NCBI RefSeq assembly: GCF_011745625.1
Contig: NW_027191462.1
Coordinates: 372,001 to 436,000 of the forward strand
Source of the DNA: Cladosporium halotolerans
Taxonomy: Eukaryota
DNA: 64,000 bases
Direction of reading: 5' to 3'
Each line of letters starts with the position of its first letter. Within the stretch, counting starts at the first letter, position 1. Below the pieces are notes generated by a model, which was not told where the DNA came from, made no database searches, and worked only from the letters and a program-made list of their open reading frames with translations. The translations under genes were made by a program, and so were the position numbers. Shown in pieces: positions 36,155-47,400 of this stretch.

Positions 36155-36883
36155 CCACCGCCGGCGCCGCTGTTCCGCGCGCCGAGCTGGCCTCGTCGCT
36201 GGCCCACCGTTAGCGAAGGCCTCCGGCGCATTATTCGTGCCGTGCCGGCCACCGACACCACCCCTCCTGCCTTAGTGCCGCATACGCCTTCAACGTGGCA
36301 TGCGGTGTGCGCTCGCCTGGCGAAAGCGTCTCCAGGCGTGCAGCCAGTAGGCTCCAGACCCACCGCCCGATGCGCAACTAGAGCCCCTCCAGAGCCCCTA
36401 GGCCTTGGCCTCCATTCACTGTTGGCCCTGGCAGCAGTGGAGCGCCGGCGACGGTGGACCGACCGTCCACCTCGACGACGACCGTCACGCCTGGCCGCGG
36501 CCTCGATTGGCAGGCCTGCCGACTGCCTGCCACGCCTGCCTCACCGTTTGGCGTCGCTGCGGCCGCCGTGCATATGCCGCCAGGCCAGCGACTTGTCTTG
36601 CCATGATGGGCCCGGCGGCCTGTGGGGAGCACGGTAAGACGGTAGGTGGGTGTATGTCTCTGATTACGTCCAGCACATCATGTGCTGCGCTGCTGTAGCA
36701 CTACCATTGTTTCCCCCAGTACTTGACCTTCTCTACATCTTCCGTTGACCTTCTCACACATTCCCGTGCGACCCTCGGGACTCTTGCGTTGCACACCACC
36801 CCTTCAACACACCCGCGTTTCTCCACTCTATTAGGCTTGTCCTTCCACTTTTGCATATTCTGCCGTCCGCTTCTGAGACTGCA

Positions 36884-39800
36884 ATGCCTGTTTCCCATCT
36901 TGGCCTGACAGTATCTCACCTCCCATCGGCAGCATCGTTCTGGCTCTCAGCGCTTCAACCGCTCGGTTACCGCTTCATTGGCCACCAGGGCGACTCGATT
37001 GGACTCGGTATCAAGGACGCCGACTTCTTCATCTCTCAGGGACCTCGAAGGTAAGACCCACAAATCCGGCCGCATCCGATCAATGCTGATTCGATGCAGT
37101 GCAACAATCGCCCCAACCCACATCGCATTTGCTGCAGACGACCGGGCACAGGTGCGAGAATGCTACGCGTCCGCTCTTAAAGCCGGAGGTTCACCAAGCG
37201 GTGCCCCCGGGACTCGAAATAGTGACTGTAGCTGCTTCAACGCCGCTGTGGAGGACTTGGACGGCAACACGATCGAGTTCATCCTTCGCGAGAGCGCGCA
37301 GTGTGACCAAGCGCCTGCTCATGCGGACACTGCTTCCCAGCACAGCCGTGTCTTGACCTGGCAGGAAGGTGTTTCCAAAGAGGCTGCGGAGAGCATTCAT
37401 CAAGATGACTCCGTTTCTATGGTATCGAAAGCCAAGTCAAGGTCACAAACAGCCCTAGACCTTGCTTCGACTCCCGCGAAATCCGTTGCTGAGGCTCCTG
37501 CTGAGGCTCCTGCTTCCACAGGGAGTAATATCCTCTCAGCACTGAGCGACAATATTACCCCTAAGGCCATTCTCGGTGGAGCCATAGGTGCCGTCGCCGC
37601 TGGTGCAATCGCGTATGCTTTCTACCAGTCTGAGCAGGATAGTGCTCGCGACGAAGCTGCGTACAAGTCTTCAATCGCGGCATCAGAACGCGGCCGCCGA
37701 ATGAGTACTCATGCCCCAACTAGGGCTCCCACAATGAGACGCTCTCTGTCCGCCGCGCCGCCTCGCACCGCCCGTTTCCGCCAGAACTACGCACCCACGG
37801 AGTCTTTTGCCCCGCCCCCGCGCACACATCGTAACTTCAGCGTCACAGAATCGAGAGTCGGTCCCCGCCCTCCGCCTACCCAAGTCCCAACTCAAGCTCC
37901 CACGGCTCTCAAGGCAATCGAGGCCCGCGCCTTCGACGAAGACAGCGAGATCCAAGCTGCCGTTTCCAGGCACACTTCCCGTCGCCCGACAATGGCCCGC
38001 AGCCAGACCTTCGACCCTTCCATCTACGCTCCTATCTCCTCCGCTCCTCGCTCCAGAGCCCCGCCCAAACGCTCCGCCACCATGGCCGACGAGCCCATGT
38101 CCACCCGCAGCCAGCTCTTCCTCGAAGGCCCGAAGGAGATCGTCCCTTCGTCCAGATCGCTGCGCAGCAACCGCGACGATGATGCAGCAACAAGACACGA
38201 CCACGCGCCCACTGTCCTCTCGCACCGCAGCTCAAGGCTCTCGAGGAAGGACGAGGGCGACAGGAGGTCTTCGGCCAGTCACGCGAGTAGTGCCAAGACT
38301 GCTATCAGGGACGAGGACCAGAGGAGGCCTTCGGCCAGCCATATCAGCACTGCCAGGCCGGCGCAGGCGCAGATCGAGGATGTGGGGCGCCGGTCTTCGG
38401 CGACGAGCCAGGCGGGGTCAGTCAAGTCTTCGAAGAGGGAGAGTTCGAGGTATGAGGGTTCGAGGTACGAAGGTTCTAGGCATGAGGGGTCGAGATATGA
38501 AGGTTCCAGGCACGAGGGCTCGGTTCATGGCTCAAGGCAGGAAGGCTCGAGGCACGATGGATCAACTTACGGTGGTTCGCGATACGAAAGCTCGAGACAC
38601 GAGGGCTCAAGACACGAGGGCTCCAAGCACGATAGCTCGTCTCAAGCCGGTTCACGCAACGGTGCCACACGCGATCCTGACAGCCTCTCTGACGCCAGCA
38701 CTATCAAAGCGTCCCGACGCGACAGCGCTGCTCACATCCCGCTACCTCCTTCAAAAGCTCCCTCGAAAGCGACTTCACGGATTACAGCCGCTGAGTACCG
38801 TTTGCCGGACTCCCCTGTTCCGTCCTTCTACGCTTCTCCTATGGAACAGTCGAAGGCAGCTTCTCGGGCACCCTCACAGTTCTCAGCCATGCCGGACTCT
38901 CCCGTGCCTTCGTACTACGCGCCACCCATGGAAGAGCCTCTCTCGAGCTCCCGAGCACCGTCTCAGACTTCGGCTTTCAAGGTTCCATTGCCGGCTTCGA
39001 AGCCACCGACTCACTATTCACTCCCCGCCCCTACAGAGTCCAATTTCAAGCCATCTTCTCCGGTTAGAAGGCGCACTTCTCACGGCTCAGGCTCCGCAGC
39101 TGGCATCCCACTTCCTGGCTCTATGGCGTCTGGCGTTGGATACCTAGACCAGGACGAGAACGATGGTCTCCAAGACACCAAGACAGTGGTCCCGGACGAC
39201 AGTATCAGTTGCATCGACATCAGCCCGCCAAAACCGCCGCGCAGCGACCACAGCCATCACAGCCGACACACAGAGCGGAGCCACCGGAGTCACCGCACTC
39301 ATCAATCGAGCCGATCGAAGCATAGCCACCGCCCTGACGAAGACAAAGGCAGGGAACCCGGCGATGCGCAGACGGTCTTGCCAGAGGACAGTATCAGCTC
39401 TGTCGGCGCCAAACCTGCTCGGAGCGAGCACAGTCATCGCAGTCACCGATCCCATCGCGATCGTGATCACAAGAGCGACCACAAGAGTCATCACAGTACT
39501 GCTGCCAAGAGCGACCACAAAAGTCATCACAGCGCTCGCTCTAGACACAGCAAGCGCGAAGAGGAAGCCCAGGAGAAGGAGAAGGATCCGGAGCCTACTG
39601 AGCCGGAGCTTCCCATAGAGGATATTGGGATTCCTCTGGACGCAAAGACTGTACTGCCCGAAGACAGTATCAGTTCCGTTGGCGCCAGGCCTGCTCGCAG
39701 CGAACACAGTCATCACAGCCACCGATCGCATCGCGACCACAATAGCGACCGCAAGAGTCATCACAGTGTTGCTAAGAGTGAACACAAGAGCCACCATAGC

Positions 39801-40268
39801 GCCGCAAAGAGCGACCACAAGAGTCATCACAGCACCCGCTCAAGACACAGTAAGCGTGAAGACGATGGAGCGGAGAAAGAAAAGGAGCCAGAGCCTGTCC
39901 CGGAACCCGAACCCGTGCAAGAAGACAACGGCATCCCACCGGACGCAAAGACCGTCGTGCCGGAAGACTCCATCAGCTCCGTCGGCGCCAGGCCCGCCCG
40001 CAGCGAACACAGCCACCACAGCCATCGCAGCCACCGTTCGTCCAAAGACGACAGCAGGAGCCACCACAGCAGCCGATCAAAGCACAGCAAGTCTCACGAT
40101 GACGACAAGGAGAAGCGCAAGGCTGCTTCGGAGTCGGGGAAGAGCGATGTCACGGTTAAGCCGGCCAAGAGCAGGTTTAGTGCTTTGACGCTGCCGGGTC
40201 GGTTGAGGGGGAAGGATGATGAGAAGGAGCGCAGGAGCGATAAGAGGAGTGTGGCTACTTTTGCGTAG
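36884..40268 (+). CDS. Protein with an N-terminal glyoxalase/bleomycin-resistance (VOC) domain, one predicted TM helix and a very long S/R/H-rich repetitive disordered tail; intron ~37051-37099
   Basis: MPVSHLGLTVSHL..FWLSALQPLGY, THIAFAA..R..V..Y..AL.AGG...GAPG, AVEDLDGNTIE; hydrophobic AILGGAIGAVAAGAIAYAFY; repeats listed separately. Confidence 0.82.
38443..38632 (+). repeat. Coding 15-bp minisatellite encoding ~12 S-R-(Y/H)-E-G pentapeptide units
   Basis: SSRYEGSRYEGSRHEGSRYEGSRHEGSVHGSRQEGSRHDGSTYGGSRYESSRHEGSRHEGSKHD. Confidence 0.9.
39180..40100 (+). repeat. Four degenerate coding repeats, each starting TV(V/L)P(D/E)DSIS and followed by His/Ser/Arg tracts
   Basis: Motif starts at ~39183, 39372, 39648 and 39951; units 2-4 share SSVGA(K/R)PARSEHSH(H/R)SHRSHR. 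Confidence 0.9.
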
Positions 40269-40436
40269 GGGATAGATGTCACTTACATTTACAGGATGGG
40301 TTGGGGATCTGTTGGATTAGTTTATCATGGGTTAATACATCGACTTGCCTTTTCTTGGCTCTCGCATCATCTTGTTTTGCGAACTTTGTCCGAATTGTAT
40401 TCACGATTCATACCAATGGCACCTTCTAGATCTCGG

Positions 40437-41249
40437 CTACAGCTCCTCTAGTGCATTCGGTGAAATAAGTGCTGTCTCAACACTGATGGCATGCTTCACT
40501 TCCGTCATCGACGCAAACTCAACATGCCAGCATCTCTTGATGACATCTGCGAGAACTGACAATCCAGACATGTCTGGGAATTCCTTCTCCCGGAGTCGTT
40601 TCTTGATCTCCTCTCTATCCTCGGGCTCACGTAGCTCCGGCCAAGGGTCATGACCTGTGACCATGTAGTACAACGCAGTGCCCAGAGCGAAGATCTCTGT
40701 AGCCGCCGTGATCCCTGTCGATCGAGGTACATCGGTGCCGTCTGCATCGAACAGCCGATGTCGGAGACGATAGGAGGATAGGGAGATGCTTCCGTCGATA
40801 GATGCTCCGGCCCAGTCGCCGACTTTGAGATTGAGATCTTTGTCGAGGAAGAAGTTGATGCAGTGGATGTCGGAGTTGCATATGCCGAGTGAGTGGGCGG
40901 ACTCTAGAGCTTCTGCGGCTTGTCTGGCCCAGCGACAGAGTAGACCACTGTCTGGTCTGGGGCTCCCCATATGTTCCTTCTGCCAGAGATAGTCATGGAG
41001 GTCGCCGTTCTCAGCATACTCCAGAATTAGCCCGGCGGGAATGCTCTCGCGTACGCCGTCGTATTTCAGGATGCTGGGAGGTTGGTTCTGTGCGGCAAAA
41101 CGTTCGTAAACAGCCTTTTCGACCGGGAACAGGTCGTCGACGGAGTCTTGATTGAATGCCTTGCAGACTCGTGGAGGATGGCCGGGGACGAGCAAGATCG
41201 TTGATGTATAGCCTCGACGACTCAAAACTTCCAAGCATTCGCCCACCAT
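40437..41249 (-). CDS. Stand-alone atypical protein-kinase-like protein (~270 aa, non-RD)
   Basis: VCK (VAIK-like Lys), EKAVYE (alphaC Glu), LILEYAENGDL hinge, catalytic loop NSDIHCINF, DWAG (DFG variant), TEIFALG..LYYMVTG..PW, VIKRCW. Start uncertain. Confidence 0.82.
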   Translation of the reverse strand: MVGECLEVLSRRGYTSTILLVPGHPPRVCKAFNQDSVDDLFPVEKAVYERFAAQNQPPSILKYDGVRESIPAGLILEYAENGDLHDYLWQKEHMGSPRPDSGLLCRWARQAAEALESAHSLGICNSDIHCINFFLDKDLNLKVGDWAGASIDGSISLSSYRLRHRLFDADGTDVPRSTGITAATEIFALGTALYYMVTGHDPWPELREPEDREEIKKRLREKEFPDMSGLSVLADVIKRCWHVEFASMTEVKHAISVETALISPNALEEL

Positions 41250-41546
41250 TGTCACATGCTAGGAGGTCGTGAAGCGTTTCTCTGGCACTGGCTGATGATG
41301 AGATCCTATTGATGAGTTGACCAGGCCATGATTAGCCGGATGACGGGTGTTGTTGCCGCTATACATGTGGCAGCCTAGAGAATGAGCCAATCAAATGGCG
41401 CGCTGCGAGGCCCCGAACGCCTACTTCTCTCAGGCGGTCACGCAGGGACGAATCTAGGTACCTACCAGCGACCCACAACCTGACACCAAACCTTTGGTCC
41501 AGCACTTCCTGCAGACTTGTGGCGGACTATCAGACCAGTGGGAGCT

Positions 41547-42746
41547 ATGGCGCCTAGCATCGCAACCATACCGAATGAGCTTGTGCTGCAAGTCTTCAGC
41601 CACGTTCAGACACTTGACCAACTTCATGCTGTCATGCTCACGTGCAAACGATTCAACCGAATCTCACGCGACGTCTCTGCAAAACAAATTTCCAATCTGG
41701 CACTTCGCACAGGCAATGATTATCCCGGTTTGCGTCCTCTCAGTCACTTTCTTCTTGTCGCTGTCGCACGAAGGCTTTCTCAATGGGCTGTACAAGCAAA
41801 TGAACGCCGCAGACAATTGAAGAACGCCATGCACGGAGGCATCGAACAGCTAGCAGCTTTTGCACTAAGCATCGTACCTATCTCTCTTCACGACATTTGT
41901 ACGACCTGGCAGTGGAGAAAGGACATTGTGGATCCTCTGAGCAGACGCGTGGACGAGCTCATGACCCTATGCGAGGACCCGGAGCAGGCCCTCTTCTTGT
42001 GGGCCATCCACGGTGAGCTTTTTGGCCGTTTGCCAGCCTCGACCTCCTCTCCGCTATGCGAGCCGCTGGACTCTGTCACTCGCTTCAAGTTCGTGGTCTT
42101 TTGCATCCCCGACAGGAAATCGTTCCAATATCTAAGCATTGAGGAGCCACAGTGGTTCAATGATGATAAAAGAGGAGCAGAGAGGTTCCAGCAACTCAGG
42201 TTGAGCCAAGGGCTCTTGGATGTGCTTAGTTCGTTGACATTCTCCCAACTCAGCTTGAGACCAGTGCTCTTTGGTATGCTTAATTCGTTGATATTCTCCG
42301 CCGAGATCAGGGAACTGGCAGGTATCAGCATTCCAGCGGATTATGATCTTGTCGAACACAGCGCGGACAGCCGGGAATATCTGTTCATTCAATCAATCAT
42401 GAGCTCCGGTCGACGCTCACTGGAAATCTTGCAGACGGCGTATCAGGTCAAGCTTGGTCGAGACGACTCTTCGGAGGCCTTAGTCCTGTGGTTGCGAGAA
42501 ACCTGGGCGCTCGTGGGCGATCTCGCTAGACCGGAGCGACGGGCAGACTTGCAAAAATCACTATGTTTGGGGGACGATTGGCTGAGCGTTCACGTGCCAT
42601 CTTTGGTATTGGATTTCCAGTTCACGCTCGGGGGCGATCTGATGTATCCCCTCCGAATTCGCCCCTGGTCCACACAGGAAGAAGCTCATGAGGCACTGAA
42701 AAAGGCAATTGCATCTGAATGCATGGCAAAAGATCAGGCTGGCTGA
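41547..42746 (+). CDS. F-box-like protein with an unrecognised C-terminal region
   Basis: N-terminal IATIPNELVLQVFSHV..LDQLHAVMLTCKRFNRI F-box pattern; ~399-aa open frame from ATG 41547. Confidence 0.7.
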   Translation: MAPSIATIPNELVLQVFSHVQTLDQLHAVMLTCKRFNRISRDVSAKQISNLALRTGNDYPGLRPLSHFLLVAVARRLSQWAVQANERRRQLKNAMHGGIEQLAAFALSIVPISLHDICTTWQWRKDIVDPLSRRVDELMTLCEDPEQALFLWAIHGELFGRLPASTSSPLCEPLDSVTRFKFVVFCIPDRKSFQYLSIEEPQWFNDDKRGAERFQQLRLSQGLLDVLSSLTFSQLSLRPVLFGMLNSLIFSAEIRELAGISIPADYDLVEHSADSREYLFIQSIMSSGRRSLEILQTAYQVKLGRDDSSEALVLWLRETWALVGDLARPERRADLQKSLCLGDDWLSVHVPSLVLDFQFTLGGDLMYPLRIRPWSTQEEAHEALKKAIASECMAKDQAG

Positions 42747-42987
42747 ATATCCTCCGTTTCTCATATCTCTAAGTGATGACAGCGTATCAGGAATAGGGAG
42801 TTTCCGTAAGCAGTACGCAGCCTGTCCACGTAAGCCATGGCATCAATCATCTTGTGAAACAGGTAATTCAGTCCCTCTTTCTGCCTCAAGTCAGTCGGGC
42901 CTAGGTCATCGAGACTTGAATAGAGCGTGGAATAGATCAGAGCTACCAGCCCAAAGCAATATGATCTACAGCTGGCACACTGTCAGT

Positions 42988-43106
42988 ACATACGACCACA
43001 GGTCAGTGAAAACTGGGCATCCCGTCCGCTCTGCCATACATAAGCACTGAACCGGGCGACTAGTACTAGAGTGGGTGACCATCTGGGAATCCCGCCTGTT
43101 GTATGT
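42988..43106 (+). rRNA. 5S rRNA gene (dispersed copy)
   Basis: ACATACGACCAC...CCCGTCCGCTCTGCC..TAAGC...TAGTAC...GGGTGACCA..GGGAATCC...GTTGTATGT followed by a T-run Pol III terminator; terminal helix ACATACGAC/GTTGTATGT. Confidence 0.96.
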
Positions 43107-43435
43107 TTTTTTCTCCATCGTTTTCCTTTTGGCTGGCCGAGTTTGGAGATCGTATGCCTGGACTTTCGAGTTGGCCAGGATATGTTGGGCAGTGATCGGA
43201 TTTCGGAGATCGATAAAGAGTGATTGTGCCTTGATGTCCATCGTTTTGACGCCTCAGCTCCTTCAAAGATGACCTCGTAGAAGCATGTCTGGGTGCGTGA
43301 GACGGTGCCACGGAAATGTTCTTCTCAAATGTCATACCGTTGATAATGCTGCCGCATCATCGGCAGATACATAGTACAGTCGAGGTATCTTACACTGAGA
43401 TCGTCCAGAGCTGGGTCAACTCATTCATCCAGTCT

Positions 43436-44124
43436 TCACCAGGGCTTCCACCACGACTTCCCTTCGCCGCCGCTTTTAGCTTCCTGTGCTTCTTTCAACG
43501 CCGCAAATTGCGCGTCCTGCTCTTGGTCCTTGATCTTCCTTCGCTCCTCCCGCACCTTTTCTCGTCTTGATTCACGCGCTTTCTTTTCCATCTCCTTACG
43601 GCTCAGAATTTCCATAGCCCGCGTCATGCCTTCTTTCTCCATTTGGCGCTTATACTGGCAGTACTGGTACATACCGACAGATCCAATCACCCAGGCGCCA
43701 ACAGCCCAGTTGCATGATGTCCAAACTTTGCCTGAGGATCCCGACGTCAGAAGCTGTGACCCTACAAAGCAAAACATTTCCATCGGCACATACCTCCAGC
43801 GAGCGCTCTCAGTCCTCCAATTCCAAAGCCAGAGCCGATTCCCGTCATTAATGAATCCCGAACACAGGGCTTCTTGGGGAAATCTGCGAAGTCGTCCATC
43901 TTGATCGATTCGAATGCATCTCCAAGGCCGATCTCCTTTGTTTTTCCTCCGGCAGTGTTCTCAGTGCCGCCCGCCAACATGTTGGCATTTTGCGGCGGTT
44001 GATAGGTCTGCGGTTTGCCCTCTTGCCATTGTGCTCCGGTAAAGGCTTTCTGAGAAGGGTCGACAGTCAGCGCCTCGCGACTGAGGTCCTCTTTGGTCGA
44101 AGAATTTCGCGTATCGTCTGCCAT
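43436..44124 (-). CDS. COX20: Cytochrome c oxidase assembly protein Cox20; intron ~43732-43793
   Basis: PCVRDSLMTGIGSGFGIGG...VWTSCNWAVG....YQYCQYKRQMEKEGM, charged C-terminus ending SWWKPW. Confidence 0.85.
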
Positions 44125-44265
44125 GTTTGTGTCTGTGGTAAAGAAAAGCGGCTTGCTCTCACTGGACGACTCAAAGTGCTGATGTCAGTCTAGGCTTTTG
44201 GATCGGAGCTTAGATCTGGAATGCCTGAGGCTGGAAGCGGGCAACCCTCGAAAGCCAAACGCCAA

Positions 44266-44303
44266 TTTACGCGAAGCTGGCGCGTAAACCGACACAAGCG
44301 CGT
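44266..44303. promoter_or_regulatory. MCB-like (ACGCG) elements in the COX20/POL2 bidirectional promoter
   Basis: Inverted repeat TTTACGCG-n7-CGCGTAAA (44266-44288) plus a third CGCGT at 44299-44303, ~180-215 bp upstream of the POL2 ATG. Confidence 0.65.
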
Positions 44304-44479
44304 CCGACGTTTTGAAGCCCGTAGTCTCCATCCCTCATTTCGTCCCGACTCGCTGCCCAAGGCAGTTGTTTGAAGATACCCCGATCGTATTTCTTTGATT
44401 TCTGGAGACACTCGACGAGCGACATGCTCCATTAAATACAAGGCACTCAGTTGGCCAGATCGGCCAGTAATTACACGAA

Positions 44480-47400
44480 ATGCCGGTTAAGAGGAATGAG
44501 GGCAAAAGCCGCTTCAGCAAAACCAGCACACTACACTCGGGAGGACGAAAGACAAAAACAATTGACGCCGGCTCATTACGATCAACGGAAGCTACAGCAC
44601 AGAATGAGCGCCTCGAGGCGACACGGCTCGCTCACAAGATCGATCAGAACCAAGGCTTCGAGCGCTTCGAGGCTGGGAAGAAGCGCACAGGATGGCTGAT
44701 CAACATGCACAGCACGAGTCTGGAAGATTCGAAGATACCAGGTGGCCGAGCAGCGGTCGACTATTACTTCATTGACGACGACGGCAGCACTTTCAAAGCC
44801 AGCGTGGAGTATCACCCCTACTTCATGATTGCAGTAAAGAAGGGCAAAGAGGCGGAAGTGGAGGAATGGGTGAGAAGGAATTGCGAAGGCTTGGTCAAGT
44901 CGGTGGACAGATTGGAAAAGGAAGACCTCAAAATGCCGAACCATTTGCTTGGCTATCGGCGGCATTTTCTGAAGCTCAGCTTTGTCAATGTCACGGATCT
45001 ACTGGCAGTGCGAAGGGTGATTGCGCCGATAGCAGAAAAGAACAAGAGCAAGGTCAGCGCCATGGACATGTATGCGGAAGTGGCGAGCGCCAACGCTGGA
45101 TTCGATCTGTTTGACGAGGACGCCGAGAACGACAGGAGGCCAGCAACCTTCTCGGATGCAAGCGACTTCATCATCGATATTCGAGAGTACGACGTGCCCT
45201 ACCACGTGCGAGTAGCAATTGATCTGGACATTCGGATAGGAAAGTGGTACAACGTTGAGCCCAAAAACGGCCGGATAACACTGAGCTGCATCGAAGAACG
45301 TCTGCAGCGTGCAGATCCCGTGGTACTGGCATTCGACATTGAGACAACGAAGCTACCTCTCAAGTTTCCGGACTCTTCAATCGATCAGGTGATGATGATT
45401 TCCTTCATGGTCGACGGTCAAGGCTTCCTCATCACAAATCGCGAAATCGTCAGCGAAGATATTCAGGATTTCGACTACACGCCCAAACCGGAGTTTGAAG
45501 GCCCATTTGTCATCTTCAACGAACCAAACGAAGAGGCCGTAATTGAACGTTTCTTCGCCTTCGTAAAAGACGCAAAGCCCACGATCATCGCAACATACAA
45601 CGGTGACTTCTTCGATTGGCCGTTCGTTGAAGCCCGAGCAAGCGTTCACGGAATTGACATGTACGCCGAGATTGGTTTCAGGAAAAACAGCGACGATATC
45701 TACCAATCCACACATTGCGCCCACATGGATGCTTTCGCTTGGGTCACGCGAGACAGTTACCTTCCTCAAGGTTCCAGAGGCCTGAAAGCCGTCACGGTTG
45801 CAAAGCTCGGTTACGACCCCGATGAACTGGATCCGGAGCTGATGACTCCTTATGCTGCCGAACGACCACAGGTTCTTGCAGAATATTCAGTCTCTGACGC
45901 CGTCGCGACGTACTACTTGTACATGAAATACGTCCATCCGTTCATCTTCTCGCTCTGTACAATCATTCCGTTCGGACCTGACGACGTGTTGCGAAAAGGC
46001 ACTGGCACACTTTGTGAAACACTTCTGATGGTGCAAGCCTACCAGAAGGAGATTATCCTCCCCAACAAATACGTTCAGCCAAGAGAGGCGTTCTGGGAAG
46101 GACACTTGCTGGAATCGGAAACATACGTCGGTGGTCACGTCGAGAGTATCGAAGCAGGAGTGTTCCGCAGCGACATCCCCTGCAATTTTGCGGTTGATCC
46201 GACCGCCATTGATGAATTGCTGAACGATCTGGACGATGCGCTGAAATTCAGCATCACGGTCGAAGAGAAGAAGTCAATGGATGACATTGAGGATTATGAA
46301 GGGACCAAAGCACAAATCGTGGCGAAGCTCATGGATCTCAAGAATACGCCCAATCGCAACGAGAAGCCTTCGATCTACCATCTGGACGTCGCCTCCATGT
46401 ATCCGAACATCATGACGACAAACCGATTGCAGCCCGACAGTATGATTGACGAGTCGGTATGCGCAGCCTGCGATTTCAACCGTCCCGGCAAGACCTGCGA
46501 CCGGAGAATGCCGTGGGCATGGCGTGGTGAATTCCTGCCGGCGAAGCGAGACGAGTACAACATGATCCGGCACGCATTAGAGAACGAGAAATTTCCTGCG
46601 AAGCGTCCGGGTGGCCTTTCGAGAGCTTTCCAAGAGCTCAGTCTCGACGAGCAAACTACCCACGTCAAGAAACGTTTGACGGACTACAGCAAGAAAATTT
46701 ACCACAAGATCCACGACGCGAAGACGATTGAGCGTGAAGCCATCATTTGCCAGAGAGAGAACCCATTCTACATCGACACTGTCAAAGACTTCCGAGACAG
46801 ACGATACGATTACAAAGGAAAGCAAAAAGTCTGGAAAAACAAGACTTCGGATCTCGAAAAGGCTGGTGCTACCCAAGTTGAAGTTGAAGAGGCGAAAAAG
46901 ATGATCGTTCTTTTCGACTCCCTTCAACTGGCTCACAAAGTCATTCTCAACTCCTTCTACGGTTATGTCATGCGAAAAGGTTCGCGGTGGTATTCCCTGG
47001 AAATGGCAGGTGTCACGTGTCTCACGGGCGCTCGTATCATCCAGATGGCTCGTCAAATCGTTGAACGCATCGGTCGTCCCCTGGAACTCGACACCGACGG
47101 TATCTGGTGCATCTTGCCTGCGACATTCCCAGAAAACTTCAGCTTCAAGTTGAAAAACGGCAAGAAGCTCACGGTCGCTTATCCTTGCGTCATGCTCAAC
47201 CACTTGGTACACAGGCATTTCACAAATCACCAATATCAGACGCTGAAGGATCCGGTCACATTCAAATATGAGACTCACAGCGACAACACCATCTTTTTCG
47301 AAGTCGATGGCCCTTACAAAGCCATGATCCTGCCCACCTCGAAAGAGGAAGACAAGAATTTGAAGAAGCGTTATGCCGTTTTCAACGATGATGGATCACT

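Noticed and set aside
37807..39147. 446-aa alternative-frame ORF inside the glyoxalase-tail gene
   Set aside because: GC-rich, repetitive sequence lacks stops by composition; TTG start and no domain.
38443..40100. Regularly spaced repeats superficially resembling a CRISPR array or mobile-element repeats
   Set aside because: Eukaryotic context; the repeats are in frame, vary at synonymous sites and have no unique spacers or cas genes.
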